A stretch of DNA of 50,150 nt from Candidatus Pampinifervens sinense. GTDB taxonomy: Bacteria; Aquificota; Aquificia; Aquificales; Aquificaceae. Positions within the stretch are counted from its first letter, which is position 1; each line of letters opens with the position of its first letter. Below, in pieces: positions 39,389 through 50,150 of this stretch. The position numbers and the translations under genes are program-made. The notes below the pieces were generated by a model that saw only the letters and a program-made list of their open reading frames with translations, did no database searches and was not told the DNA's origin. The stretch is taken from positions 1-50,150 of the forward strand of contig JAXSPP010000010.1 in NCBI GenBank assembly GCA_037927135.1. The letters run 5' to 3'.

Positions 39389-39784
39389 ATGACACCCGTA
39401 TACACAGAAAGGGCCCCAAGGCCTGTAGGTCCATACTCTCAAGGGGTTGTGGCGGGTGGTTTCCTCTTTCTCTCTGGTCAGATAGGCTTGGATCCACAAA
39501 CAGGAAAGTTAAGAGAGGGGTTTAAAGAACAGGCACAGCAGATCTTTAAGAACATAGAAGCCATACTTGAGGCTGCGGGCGTAGGAAAAGAGAGTATAGT
39601 AAGGATGGTGGTTTATCTCAAGGATTTAAGCCTTTTTGGTGAGTTTAACCAGCTTTATGAGGAGTTTTTTAAGGATGTAAAGGTAAAGCCTGCAAGGACT
39701 ACTGTAGAAGTGAGCCATCTTCCCCTTGGTGCCTTGATTGAAGTAGAGGCTACTGCCTTTTTGGGTGAAAGAAATAACTTATAA
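39389..39784 (+). CDS. ridA: RidA/YjgF enamine-imine deaminase
   Basis: GPYSQG, LSGQIG, PARTTVEV, LIEVE. Confidence 0.92.
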   Translation: MTPVYTERAPRPVGPYSQGVVAGGFLFLSGQIGLDPQTGKLREGFKEQAQQIFKNIEAILEAAGVGKESIVRMVVYLKDLSLFGEFNQLYEEFFKDVKVKPARTTVEVSHLPLGALIEVEATAFLGERNNL

Positions 39785-39787
39785 ACT

Positions 39788-41185
39788 ATGATACCCGACC
39801 TGGACCCACCCCATGACGAGCTAGCAGAAAGGGCTGTCCTTGGTGCCATAATTGTGGACCCAGAAACCATGCCTACCGTCCTTGAGTATTTAAGGGAGGA
39901 GGACTTTTACTTTGAAAACCATCGCTTGCTTTTTTCTGTTTTGTATAAGCTTTGGGAGGACAAGGGTAAGGATTGGGATGATATAGTCCTAAAAGAGTAC
40001 ATAGAGAAAAGGGGGCTGAAAGATAAAATTGACATGCAGTTTATATACTCCCTTGTGGAGGAGGCAGCCACAGGCACTCTTTTAGAAGAGGCCATAAGGA
40101 ATGTGAAAGAAAAATCTGGTCTAAGACAGCTTATGGAGCTTTCTCTAAACATTCTAAAGGGCATAAAGGAGGAGCCAGACCTTCCAAGCTTGCTAGACTT
40201 TTTACACACAAAGATAATAGAGATATCGGAGAAAAACACTATAAGCCAGTACTGGCATATAAGGGAGATAACAAGGCAGGTAATAGAGATTATAGAAAGG
40301 TATAGGAAGCAAGAGAAGCTTATAACTGGTATACCTACAGGATTTTTTGAACTTGACACTCTAACTACAGGCTTCCATCCTTCTGATCTTATCATAATTG
40401 CCGCAAGGCCAGGCATGGGAAAAAGTAGCTTCATGCTTTCTATGGCCCTTTACATGGCTATGGTAGAAAGGATACCTGTAGTCATATACTCTTTGGAGAT
40501 GAGCAAGGAGCAGTTGGTGATGAGGGCCCTGTCCATGCTCTCTGGAGTGCCTTTGCAAAACATAAGGCGAGGATTTTTAAACGAGGAGGATATGAATAAA
40601 ATCAAGACAGCAGCCCTTGATCTTATTAAGTCTGAGATATACATTGATGATACTCCAAACCTTTCCACCACGGACCTCAGAGTAAAGACAAGGAAGCTGA
40701 AAAAGGAAAAGGGTGTGGAAGTGGTCTTTGTAGACTATCTTCAGCTTATTAGACCACCTACGAGGAGGTCATCGCGCCAGGAGGAGGTTGCTGAAATATC
40801 TAGAAACCTAAAGGCTTTGGCAAAGGAGCTATCAATTCCTGTAGTAGCACTTGCACAGCTTTCCCGTCAAGTGGAACACAGATCGGACAAAAGGCCCCAG
40901 CTTGCAGACCTGAGGGAAAGCGGACAGATTGAGCAGGATGCAGACCTCATAATCTTTATACATAGGCCAGAGTATTACAAGAAGAACCCATCACCGGAGG
41001 AGCAGGGCATTGCTGAAATAATAGTAGCGAAGCAAAGGCAAGGGCCTACAGGTATAATAAAGATGGCCTTCTTGAAGGATGTGGCAGGGTTTAAACCCCT
41101 TGCTACCACTGGCATAAGCGCGGTGGAAAGCTACGAACCAGATATGGAAGAATTTTCTGAAGATGAACTTGATCTGGACTTTTAG
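39788..41185 (+). CDS. dnaB: Replicative DNA helicase
   Basis: AARPGMGKS, SLEM, VDYLQL, AQLSR, DLRESGQIEQDAD; no intein. Confidence 0.98.
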   Translation: MIPDLDPPHDELAERAVLGAIIVDPETMPTVLEYLREEDFYFENHRLLFSVLYKLWEDKGKDWDDIVLKEYIEKRGLKDKIDMQFIYSLVEEAATGTLLEEAIRNVKEKSGLRQLMELSLNILKGIKEEPDLPSLLDFLHTKIIEISEKNTISQYWHIREITRQVIEIIERYRKQEKLITGIPTGFFELDTLTTGFHPSDLIIIAARPGMGKSSFMLSMALYMAMVERIPVVIYSLEMSKEQLVMRALSMLSGVPLQNIRRGFLNEEDMNKIKTAALDLIKSEIYIDDTPNLSTTDLRVKTRKLKKEKGVEVVFVDYLQLIRPPTRRSSRQEEVAEISRNLKALAKELSIPVVALAQLSRQVEHRSDKRPQLADLRESGQIEQDADLIIFIHRPEYYKKNPSPEEQGIAEIIVAKQRQGPTGIIKMAFLKDVAGFKPLATTGISAVESYEPDMEEFSEDELDLDF

Positions 41186-41205
41186 ATGTATAATTTAGAG
41201 ATGCT

Positions 41206-41581
41206 ATGAAAAGGTTGTTGTGGATTGCACCCCTTATTCTATCTATGGCTGAACCTATAAAGGATAATATTAAAGTGGAGGTGGAGGATCAAGCGGGTGT
41301 AAGACATCACTTTAATGGTCTGGCCTGTGGTGGAAGAAATTATCTTAAGGTAAAGGAAGGAAACGTGGAGTATTCAGTAGACTTTAACAACCTTAAAAGC
41401 TTAGAAGTACTATCCTCTGAGAAGGATAGGTTGAAGCTGAAGCTATATTTCAAAAATGGAGGTGTAAGAGAGTTTTATGCACCGGCCAATCTTTATTGCA
41501 AAACTAAATCAAGTATAGGTGAAGCTGGTTTTTATTTAAAAGATGTGAAGGCTATATTTATTAAAAAGGAGGATAAGAAAC

Positions 41582-41595
<14 letters not shown>
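41206..41595 (+). CDS. Hypothetical secreted beta-rich protein
   Basis: Signal-peptide-like N-terminus, two Cys, overlaps ctpA start. Confidence 0.7.
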
Positions 41596-44695
<3,100 letters not shown>

Positions 44696-44738
44696 AGAGT
44701 CATAGAAATTATATTCCAAAAGGTATAATTTTAAAAGC

Positions 44739-45083
44739 ATGATAGAATCCACATTAAAGCTCTATAACTTGCTTGAGAGGAAGTTTGGAAAGGAAGAGGC
44801 AAGAGAGTTTGCCAAAGTCTTGGAGGAGGTAATCCGAGATATAGGAGAGTTGAAAAAGCAAGAGATAAAAAAGGAGCTAAGTCAAGACCTTGCCACCAAG
44901 CAGGATATAAAGGTGTTGGAAGCAGAAATAAAGAGAGTGGAGGATACGTTAAGGGCTGAGATAAGAAGGGTGGAAGCGGAGATAAGAAGGCTTGAGGCCT
45001 ATATGAAGATAATGGTGGTCCTACTACTCATAGCCATAGCACTACATAGCCCCATCTTTGCACAACTTGTAAGGAGGTTTTAA
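44739..45083 (+). CDS. DUF1640/CCDC90-like membrane-anchored coiled-coil protein
   Basis: Helical head, LATKQDI neck, heptad repeats EAEIRRV, C-terminal TM. Confidence 0.75.
   Translation: MIESTLKLYNLLERKFGKEEAREFAKVLEEVIRDIGELKKQEIKKELSQDLATKQDIKVLEAEIKRVEDTLRAEIRRVEAEIRRLEAYMKIMVVLLLIAIALHSPIFAQLVRRF
44919..44996 (+). repeat. Degenerate 21-nt (heptad) intragenic repeats
   Basis: gaagcagaaataaagagagtg / agggctgagataagaagggtg / gaagcggagataagaaggctt. Confidence 0.7.
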
Positions 45084-45087
45084 AGCC

Positions 45088-46002
45088 ATGAGGGTGATAA
45101 AAATTCTCCTGATTTTTCTGACTCTTGCCTTTGCCATGGCGCCCGAGATGAAGTTAAAGCGGGTGCATGGGAATATATACATGGTTAGGGGCGTGGATGC
45201 TCTGCCTTCTGTGGAAAACAGGGGCTTTATGTCCAATGCCTTTGCCATACTTACAAAGGAAGGGTGGGTTGTTATAGATGCTTTGTCTACCCCAGAGCTT
45301 TCCAAGGAGTTTGTAGAGAACCTTATGAGGGTAAAAAAGGCCCCTATAAAGTATGCCATTATTACACACTATCATCCGGACCATTGGTATGGTGCAAAGA
45401 CCTACAAAGAGCTTGGCGCAAAGATAATAGCTCACAAAAGGCTTTTAGAGTTCTACCAGTCTGGAGAGGCCCATATGGTTCTTAACGCAAACAAGGAAAG
45501 GTTTAAAGGACTTTTTGATAATGTTGTTCTAGTTCCACCGGATATGGTTGTAGAAGATAGGCTTGAGCTAAAGGTTGGAGGGGAAGTCTTTGAAATCCTT
45601 TCCATGGCTCCAGCCCATACGGACAACGACCTTGTGGTTTATATGCCATTTCAAAAAGTGCTTTTTACTGGAGACCTCGTCTATCAAAACAGAATACCCT
45701 TTATGGGAGACAGGGGCGCAAGCTCTAAAGGTTTAATAAAAGCCCTTGAGAGGATAAAGAGCATGGACGCAAAGCTACTTTTGGGAGGACATAACGAACC
45801 CATGGATATGTCCGCAGTAGATTTTACCCTTGGCTATGTGAAGTTTTTAAGGGAGAACATAAAGAAGCTAAAGGAGGAGGGCAAAAACTTGGATGAGATA
45901 AAGGAGGCTCTCAAAAACAGCCCTTATAGCAAGGCTGTTATGTATGACGCTTTTCATAACGCTAACATTTTTAAAGTGGATGCTGAGCTTGAGATGGAAT
46001 AA
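45088..46002 (+). CDS. Secreted MBL-fold metallo-hydrolase (SoxH-like)
   Basis: Signal peptide, THYHPDH, AHTDND, FTGDL, GGH. Confidence 0.82.
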   Translation: MRVIKILLIFLTLAFAMAPEMKLKRVHGNIYMVRGVDALPSVENRGFMSNAFAILTKEGWVVIDALSTPELSKEFVENLMRVKKAPIKYAIITHYHPDHWYGAKTYKELGAKIIAHKRLLEFYQSGEAHMVLNANKERFKGLFDNVVLVPPDMVVEDRLELKVGGEVFEILSMAPAHTDNDLVVYMPFQKVLFTGDLVYQNRIPFMGDRGASSKGLIKALERIKSMDAKLLLGGHNEPMDMSAVDFTLGYVKFLRENIKKLKEEGKNLDEIKEALKNSPYSKAVMYDAFHNANIFKVDAELEME

Positions 46003-46017
46003 AAGTCTTTAAGCATA

Positions 46018-46064
46018 AAAGACAATAATTCTCATTTGCACTTTTATAGCAATTGTGCTATAAT
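46018..46064 (+). promoter_or_regulatory. ccp promoter with adjacent Fur/PerR-like box
   Basis: TTGCAC (46036-41)-N17-TATAAT (46059-64) with extended TGn; AAAGACAAT-A-ATTCTCATT 9-1-9 palindrome 46018-46036. Confidence 0.6.
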
Positions 46065-46103
46065 AATATTCATATATTTAGAAACAATTAAGGAGGTAGT
46101 GCG

Positions 46104-47165
46104 ATGAGAAAAGGGAAGTTGTTAGTAAGTGGTTTGGTCTTAGGTGCGGGAGCCTTTGCAGTGGTAGCCTATGCAGGAAAGGCCTCAAAGGACATAATAA
46201 CACCACAAGAAGCAAGAAAGTACTTTACACCCATTACCCAAAAGGTGGTGGACAACCCACAGAACCCTGTAACACCTGCAAAGGTGGAGCTCGGTAGGAT
46301 GCTTTATCATGACCCTAGGCTTTCCAAAAGTGGTCTTATAAGCTGTAATACGTGCCATAACCTTGCCAGCGGGGGTGTGGACAACCTTCCAACAAGCATA
46401 GGACACAAATGGCAGATTGGGCCTGTTAACGCTCCTACAGTCTATAATGCAGCCTTCCACATAGCCCAGTTTTGGGATGGAAGGGCAAAGGACCTGGAGG
46501 AGCAAGCTAAAGGACCCATACTAAACCCTAAGGAGATGGCCATGCCAAACGAAGAAGAGGTGGTAAAAAGGATAGCTTCCATACCACAATACAGAGAGCT
46601 GTTTGCAAAGGCCTTTCCCGGAGAGAAAAACCCTATAACCTATGACAATATTGCCAAAGCCATAGCAGCCTTTGAAAGGACCCTTATAACACCTTCTCGT
46701 TTTGACAGGTTCCTAATGGGTGATACAAAGGCGCTAACGGCGGAAGAAAAGAAGGGGCTAAAGCTATTCATTGAAAAGGGTTGTGTAAGCTGTCATAATG
46801 GTGTGGCTTTAGGTGGAAACATGTTCCAAAAGATGGGAGTTGTAAAGCCGTATAATTCTACAAGCCCTTCAAAGGGAAGGTATGATGTGACCAAGAAACC
46901 GGAGGATATGTATGTTTTCAAGGTACCATCCCTTAGGAACGTGGAAAGGACGGCACCATACTTCCACGACGGTCAAGTTTGGAGCTTGGAAGAGGCTGTA
47001 AGGATAATGGCAGACATACAGCTAGGTATTCAGCTGAAGGATGATGAGGTAAAGGCTATAGTGGCCTTCCTTAGGTCCTTGACAGGCGAGATTCCAAAGC
47101 ACGCTTTGACACTGCCAGTTCTTCCACCATCTACCGAAAAAACACCAAGACCCTCCTTTGACTAA
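46104..47165 (+). CDS. Di-heme cytochrome c peroxidase
   Basis: CNTCH and CVSCH, QFWDGRA, FKVPSLRNV, PYFHDG. Confidence 0.95.
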   Translation: MRKGKLLVSGLVLGAGAFAVVAYAGKASKDIITPQEARKYFTPITQKVVDNPQNPVTPAKVELGRMLYHDPRLSKSGLISCNTCHNLASGGVDNLPTSIGHKWQIGPVNAPTVYNAAFHIAQFWDGRAKDLEEQAKGPILNPKEMAMPNEEEVVKRIASIPQYRELFAKAFPGEKNPITYDNIAKAIAAFERTLITPSRFDRFLMGDTKALTAEEKKGLKLFIEKGCVSCHNGVALGGNMFQKMGVVKPYNSTSPSKGRYDVTKKPEDMYVFKVPSLRNVERTAPYFHDGQVWSLEEAVRIMADIQLGIQLKDDEVKAIVAFLRSLTGEIPKHALTLPVLPPSTEKTPRPSFD

Positions 47166-47174
47166 TACCCTACC

Positions 47175-47200
47175 GGGGGCCTTGCCCCCTCCGTTTCTTT
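47175..47200 (+). terminator. Probable intrinsic terminator after ccp
   Basis: GGGGGC-CTT-GCCCCC then TCCGTTTCTTT. Confidence 0.55.
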
Positions 47201-47210
47201 GACCTAAAAT
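47182..47210 (+). promoter_or_regulatory. Sigma70-type promoter for (leaderless) rimO
   Basis: TTGCCC-N17-TAAAAT, then 7 nt to ATG 47218, no SD. Confidence 0.6.
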
Positions 47211-47217
47211 TTATGCG

Positions 47218-48483
47218 ATGAAGATAGGTGTTATAAGCTTAGGGTGTGCTAAGAATTTGGTAGATACGGAAGTGCTTTTGGGTAAGCTAAAGGCTGGTGG
47301 AGCCAAGCTTGTAAGCGACCCTAAAAAGGCTGATGTGATAATCATAAACACTTGCGGTTTTATAGACCCAGCCAAGCAAGAGGCTATAGAAACTATCCTT
47401 GAGTACTCAGATAAGAAAAAAGTCATAGTAATGGGTTGTCTTGTGCAAAGGTATAAGGAGGAGCTTCAAAAGGAGATACCAGAGGTTATGGCCTACTTTG
47501 GCACAGAAAGCTGGGACCAGATAGTGGAGTTTTTAGGCTTAAAGCCCACAAAGGAAACAAAAAGAGTTATCACCACTCCAAAATCCTACGCCTACTTAAA
47601 GATAGCGGAGGGTTGCAACCGCCTTTGCTCCTTTTGCGCCATTCCCAACATAAGAGGAAGACACCGATCAAGGCCATTAGAAGACATCATAAAAGAGGCA
47701 AAATATCTTGCAGAAGAGGGCATAAAGGAGCTCTGCATAGTCTCTCAAGACACTACATATTATGGGAGGGACCTCTATGGCAAGGGCTACCTCTTAAAGC
47801 TACTTGAGGAGCTAGAAAGGATAGAAGGCATAAGGTGGATAAGGCTTTTATACCTTTATCCCACGGAAATAGAGGATGACCTCATTGATTACATGGCTGG
47901 ATCTCAAAAACTCCTTCCTTATTTTGATATGCCTTTGCAACACATTTCAAGCCAAGTCCTAAGGAGTATGAGAAGGGGCTATGATGAGACCTTTGTAAGA
48001 AGGCTTGTAGAGAGGATAAAAAGTAAGTTACCCAATGCAATCCTAAGAACCACCTTTATAGTGGGTTATCCAACGGAAAGTCTAGAAGACTTTGAAAAGT
48101 TATTGTCCTTTGTATCAGAAGGCCACTTCCACTGGGTTGGTGTTTTCACCTACTACCAAGAGGAAGGCACCCATGCCTTTGGCCTTGGAGACCCAATACC
48201 CATGCAGGAAAAGGAAAGAAGAAAAGAAGAGCTCTTAAGAGTTCAGGAAGAGATAACAAGAAGAAAGAATGAGGAGTTTATAGGAAAGGAGTTTGAGCTT
48301 TTGGTGGATGGCTTTGATGAAGAGTTTGGCTTTGTGCCAGTGGGAAGGATTTACGCACAGGCTCCGGAGGTGGATGGGATAACTTACATAGAAACACAAA
48401 GGGAATTAAAGCCAGGCGACCTTATAAAAGTTAGGATAACTCAAGTGGGAGGCTATGATCTGGGGGCTGTGGAAGGGATGTAG
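47218..48483 (+). CDS. rimO: Ribosomal protein S12 methylthiotransferase RimO
   Basis: SLGCAKNLVD, NTCGFI, radical SAM CNRLCSFC, APEVDG TRAM domain. Confidence 0.95.
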   Translation: MKIGVISLGCAKNLVDTEVLLGKLKAGGAKLVSDPKKADVIIINTCGFIDPAKQEAIETILEYSDKKKVIVMGCLVQRYKEELQKEIPEVMAYFGTESWDQIVEFLGLKPTKETKRVITTPKSYAYLKIAEGCNRLCSFCAIPNIRGRHRSRPLEDIIKEAKYLAEEGIKELCIVSQDTTYYGRDLYGKGYLLKLLEELERIEGIRWIRLLYLYPTEIEDDLIDYMAGSQKLLPYFDMPLQHISSQVLRSMRRGYDETFVRRLVERIKSKLPNAILRTTFIVGYPTESLEDFEKLLSFVSEGHFHWVGVFTYYQEEGTHAFGLGDPIPMQEKERRKEELLRVQEEITRRKNEEFIGKEFELLVDGFDEEFGFVPVGRIYAQAPEVDGITYIETQRELKPGDLIKVRITQVGGYDLGAVEGM

Positions 48484-48538
48484 GATTTTTATTTAAGCCA
48501 TTATAGTATATAAAGTGATTGACCAATCTCATAAACTT

Positions 48539-48567
48539 TTGCGCAAGGGTCTAACATGTCTTAAAAT
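48539..48567 (+). promoter_or_regulatory. Promoter for nuoIJKL
   Basis: TTGCGC-N17-TAAAAT. Confidence 0.5.
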
Positions 48568-48578
48568 AATAGCCCACT

Positions 48579-49184
48579 ATGGGTATAAAAAAGGTAGACA
48601 GGAAAGCCTTCCTTAGTCTTATAGAGACGGTGCTATTTGTAGATTTCATAAAGGGCCTTTCGGTCACGCTAAAAAATCTCTTTCGCAGGCCAATCACCAC
48701 CAACTATCCTCTTGAGAAGCTAACACCACCCAAAAGGTACAGAGGGGCCCATGGGCACTTTGTTTGGGATGGCACAGAGCCAGACTCTCTAAAAGCTATA
48801 GAAAAGTTTATGAGCTATGAGAAGGGTAAAAGCAGGTGCGTGGCCTGTTATATGTGCCAGACGGCCTGTCCTATGCCTACTCTCTTTAGAATAGAGGCGG
48901 TGCAAATGCCCGATGGCTCTAAAAAGGTGGTCAGGTTTGATATGAACTTGCTTAACTGTCTTTTCTGTGGCCTCTGCGTGGATGCCTGCCCTGTGGGCTG
49001 TCTTACCATGACAGACCTTTATGAGCTTGCTGGCTATACAAGAAGGTCTGCAGTGCTTAAAATGGACAAGCTTGAAGAGAACGCCATAGATTGGAAGAAG
49101 AGAAGGGGTCATGAACCCGACCGCATATGGATTGACGATGAACATAGAGAAAGGCTTTGGGGGAAGATAGAATGGAGTGGATAA
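48579..49184 (+). CDS. nuoI: NADH-quinone oxidoreductase subunit I
   Basis: CVACYMCQTACP and CLFCGLCVDACP. Confidence 0.93.
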   Translation: MGIKKVDRKAFLSLIETVLFVDFIKGLSVTLKNLFRRPITTNYPLEKLTPPKRYRGAHGHFVWDGTEPDSLKAIEKFMSYEKGKSRCVACYMCQTACPMPTLFRIEAVQMPDGSKKVVRFDMNLLNCLFCGLCVDACPVGCLTMTDLYELAGYTRRSAVLKMDKLEENAIDWKKRRGHEPDRIWIDDEHRERLWGKIEWSG

Positions 49185-49660
49185 TCTTTGGCTTTTTGTC
49201 CTCCTGGGCTGTGCTTTCGGTGATAGGTGTTCTATTTTTGAAAAACCCTGTCCATGCTCTGCTTTCCTTTATAAGTCTTATACTGGCAGTGGCTGGCATG
49301 TTTCTTCACCTGGGTGCGGAGCTTTTAGCAGGCTTACAGCTTATAATCTATGCGGTTGCCATAGTGGTCTTTTATGTTTTTGTGATAACCACCATTCCTT
49401 GGGAAAAGGTCAAAAGGTTTGAAGGCTTTTATAAAAAAGAATTTTTCCTTGGCTTTCCTGTTTTGCTTTTGGCCTTTGGAGCTTTTGCCTATGCCATACT
49501 CAATGGAGATTTTGCCCATGTGGGTGTGGCAGGGCAAAACAATGTAAAGGAGGTAGGTAAGAGCCTTTTCACCACTTACCTCTTTCCTCTTGAGGTGGCT
49601 TCTGTTATACTATTGACCGCCATGATAGGAGCCATCCTTCTTGGGAGGAAAGAGGAGTGA
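49172..49660 (+). CDS. nuoJ: NADH-quinone oxidoreductase subunit J
   Basis: NPVHALL, QLIIYAVAI, LEVASVILLTAMIGAI; start ATG 49172. Confidence 0.92.
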   Translation: MEWIIFGFLSSWAVLSVIGVLFLKNPVHALLSFISLILAVAGMFLHLGAELLAGLQLIIYAVAIVVFYVFVITTIPWEKVKRFEGFYKKEFFLGFPVLLLAFGAFAYAILNGDFAHVGVAGQNNVKEVGKSLFTTYLFPLEVASVILLTAMIGAILLGRKEE

Positions 49661-49959
49661 GTATAGAAAAGGCTTATATTCTTATAAGCATCTTTTTATT
49701 CCTTTCGGGCCTGCTTGGTGTTATCATAAGAAAGAACCTTATAACCCTTTTGATAAGCACGGAGCTTATGCTGAACGGGGTAAATTTGGCCCTTGCAAGT
49801 ATAGATAAAATGGTTGGCGGTGTGGAAGGGCAGGTTTTTGCACTGTTTGTTTTGGCTGTGGCTGCCTCTGAGGTGGCCATAGGCCTTGGCCTAATAGTGG
49901 CCCTCTTTAGGCTCAAAGGCTATGAAGGCTCTTCTGAGATTACTCACCTGAGGGAGTAG
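49657..49959 (+). CDS. nuoK: NADH-quinone oxidoreductase subunit K
   Basis: RKNLI...ELMLNG, GQVFALF, VAASEVAIGL. Confidence 0.95.
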   Translation: MSIEKAYILISIFLFLSGLLGVIIRKNLITLLISTELMLNGVNLALASIDKMVGGVEGQVFALFVLAVAASEVAIGLGLIVALFRLKGYEGSSEITHLRE

Positions 49960-49960
49960 A

Positions 49961-50150
49961 ATGGAAGGGCTACTAATACTCCTTTCACCCTTAATAGCCT
50001 TTTTGGTAATAGGCCTGTTTGGTTCAAGGCTGGGGGATATGGCATCTGCCATCCTTTGCGTTCTTGGAGGACTCTTCTCCTTTCTCTTCTCCCTCTGGGC
50101 CACCTCAAAGGCACTTCAAGAACCCTTTAGTGTAAAACTCTACGACTTTT
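49961..50150 (+). CDS. nuoL: NADH-quinone oxidoreductase subunit L, 5' part (runs off the window)
   Basis: ATG 1 nt after nuoK stop; MEGLLILLSPLIAFLVIGLFG... hydrophobic frame open to window end. Confidence 0.8.
   Translation, partial: MEGLLILLSPLIAFLVIGLFGSRLGDMASAILCVLGGLFSFLFSLWATSKALQEPFSVKLYDF

Noticed and set aside
39788..41185. Possible intein in DnaB
   Set aside because: Normal length (465 aa) with uninterrupted motifs
44696..44752. N-terminal extension of Fmt given in the ORF track
   Set aside because: It would overlap the divergent gene and promoter region; the conserved Fmt start is MRLLFFGT at 44695

Overview
Gene-dense bacterial chromosomal window, very probably from an Aquificaceae member (Thermocrinis/Hydrogenobacter-like). 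This is inferred from the Aquifex-type SQR, flagellin and NuoEF and the shuffled gene order. It holds about 60 CDS and one tRNA-Leu(TAG). Most are housekeeping genes: mutS2, serS, tig-clpP-clpX, lpxD, mqnD, dnaB, tsaD, fmt, rimO, a split nuoEF / nuoIJKL, and sulfur/redox genes (sqr, ahpC-trxB, cytochrome c peroxidase, a P460-family cytochrome). The main accessory content is a flagellin locus (fliC-flaG-fliD-fliS-putative fliT) and an unusual AT-rich chemotaxis operon. That operon has a split PAS + MCP(CZB) energy-taxis pair, a 77-aa tip-only mini-chemoreceptor, cheV-cheA-cheW, an embedded J-domain (HPD) co-chaperone, a divergent cheZ and cheY, and no cheR/cheB. A window-wide pattern is also visible: many genes lack a Shine-Dalgarno sequence but have a TAnnnT -10 box 6-8 nt before the start codon (probable leaderless mRNAs), including overlapping bidirectional -10 boxes. 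No CRISPR array, transposase, integrase or prophage gene was seen. All calls come from motif recognition by eye; no database searches were run.
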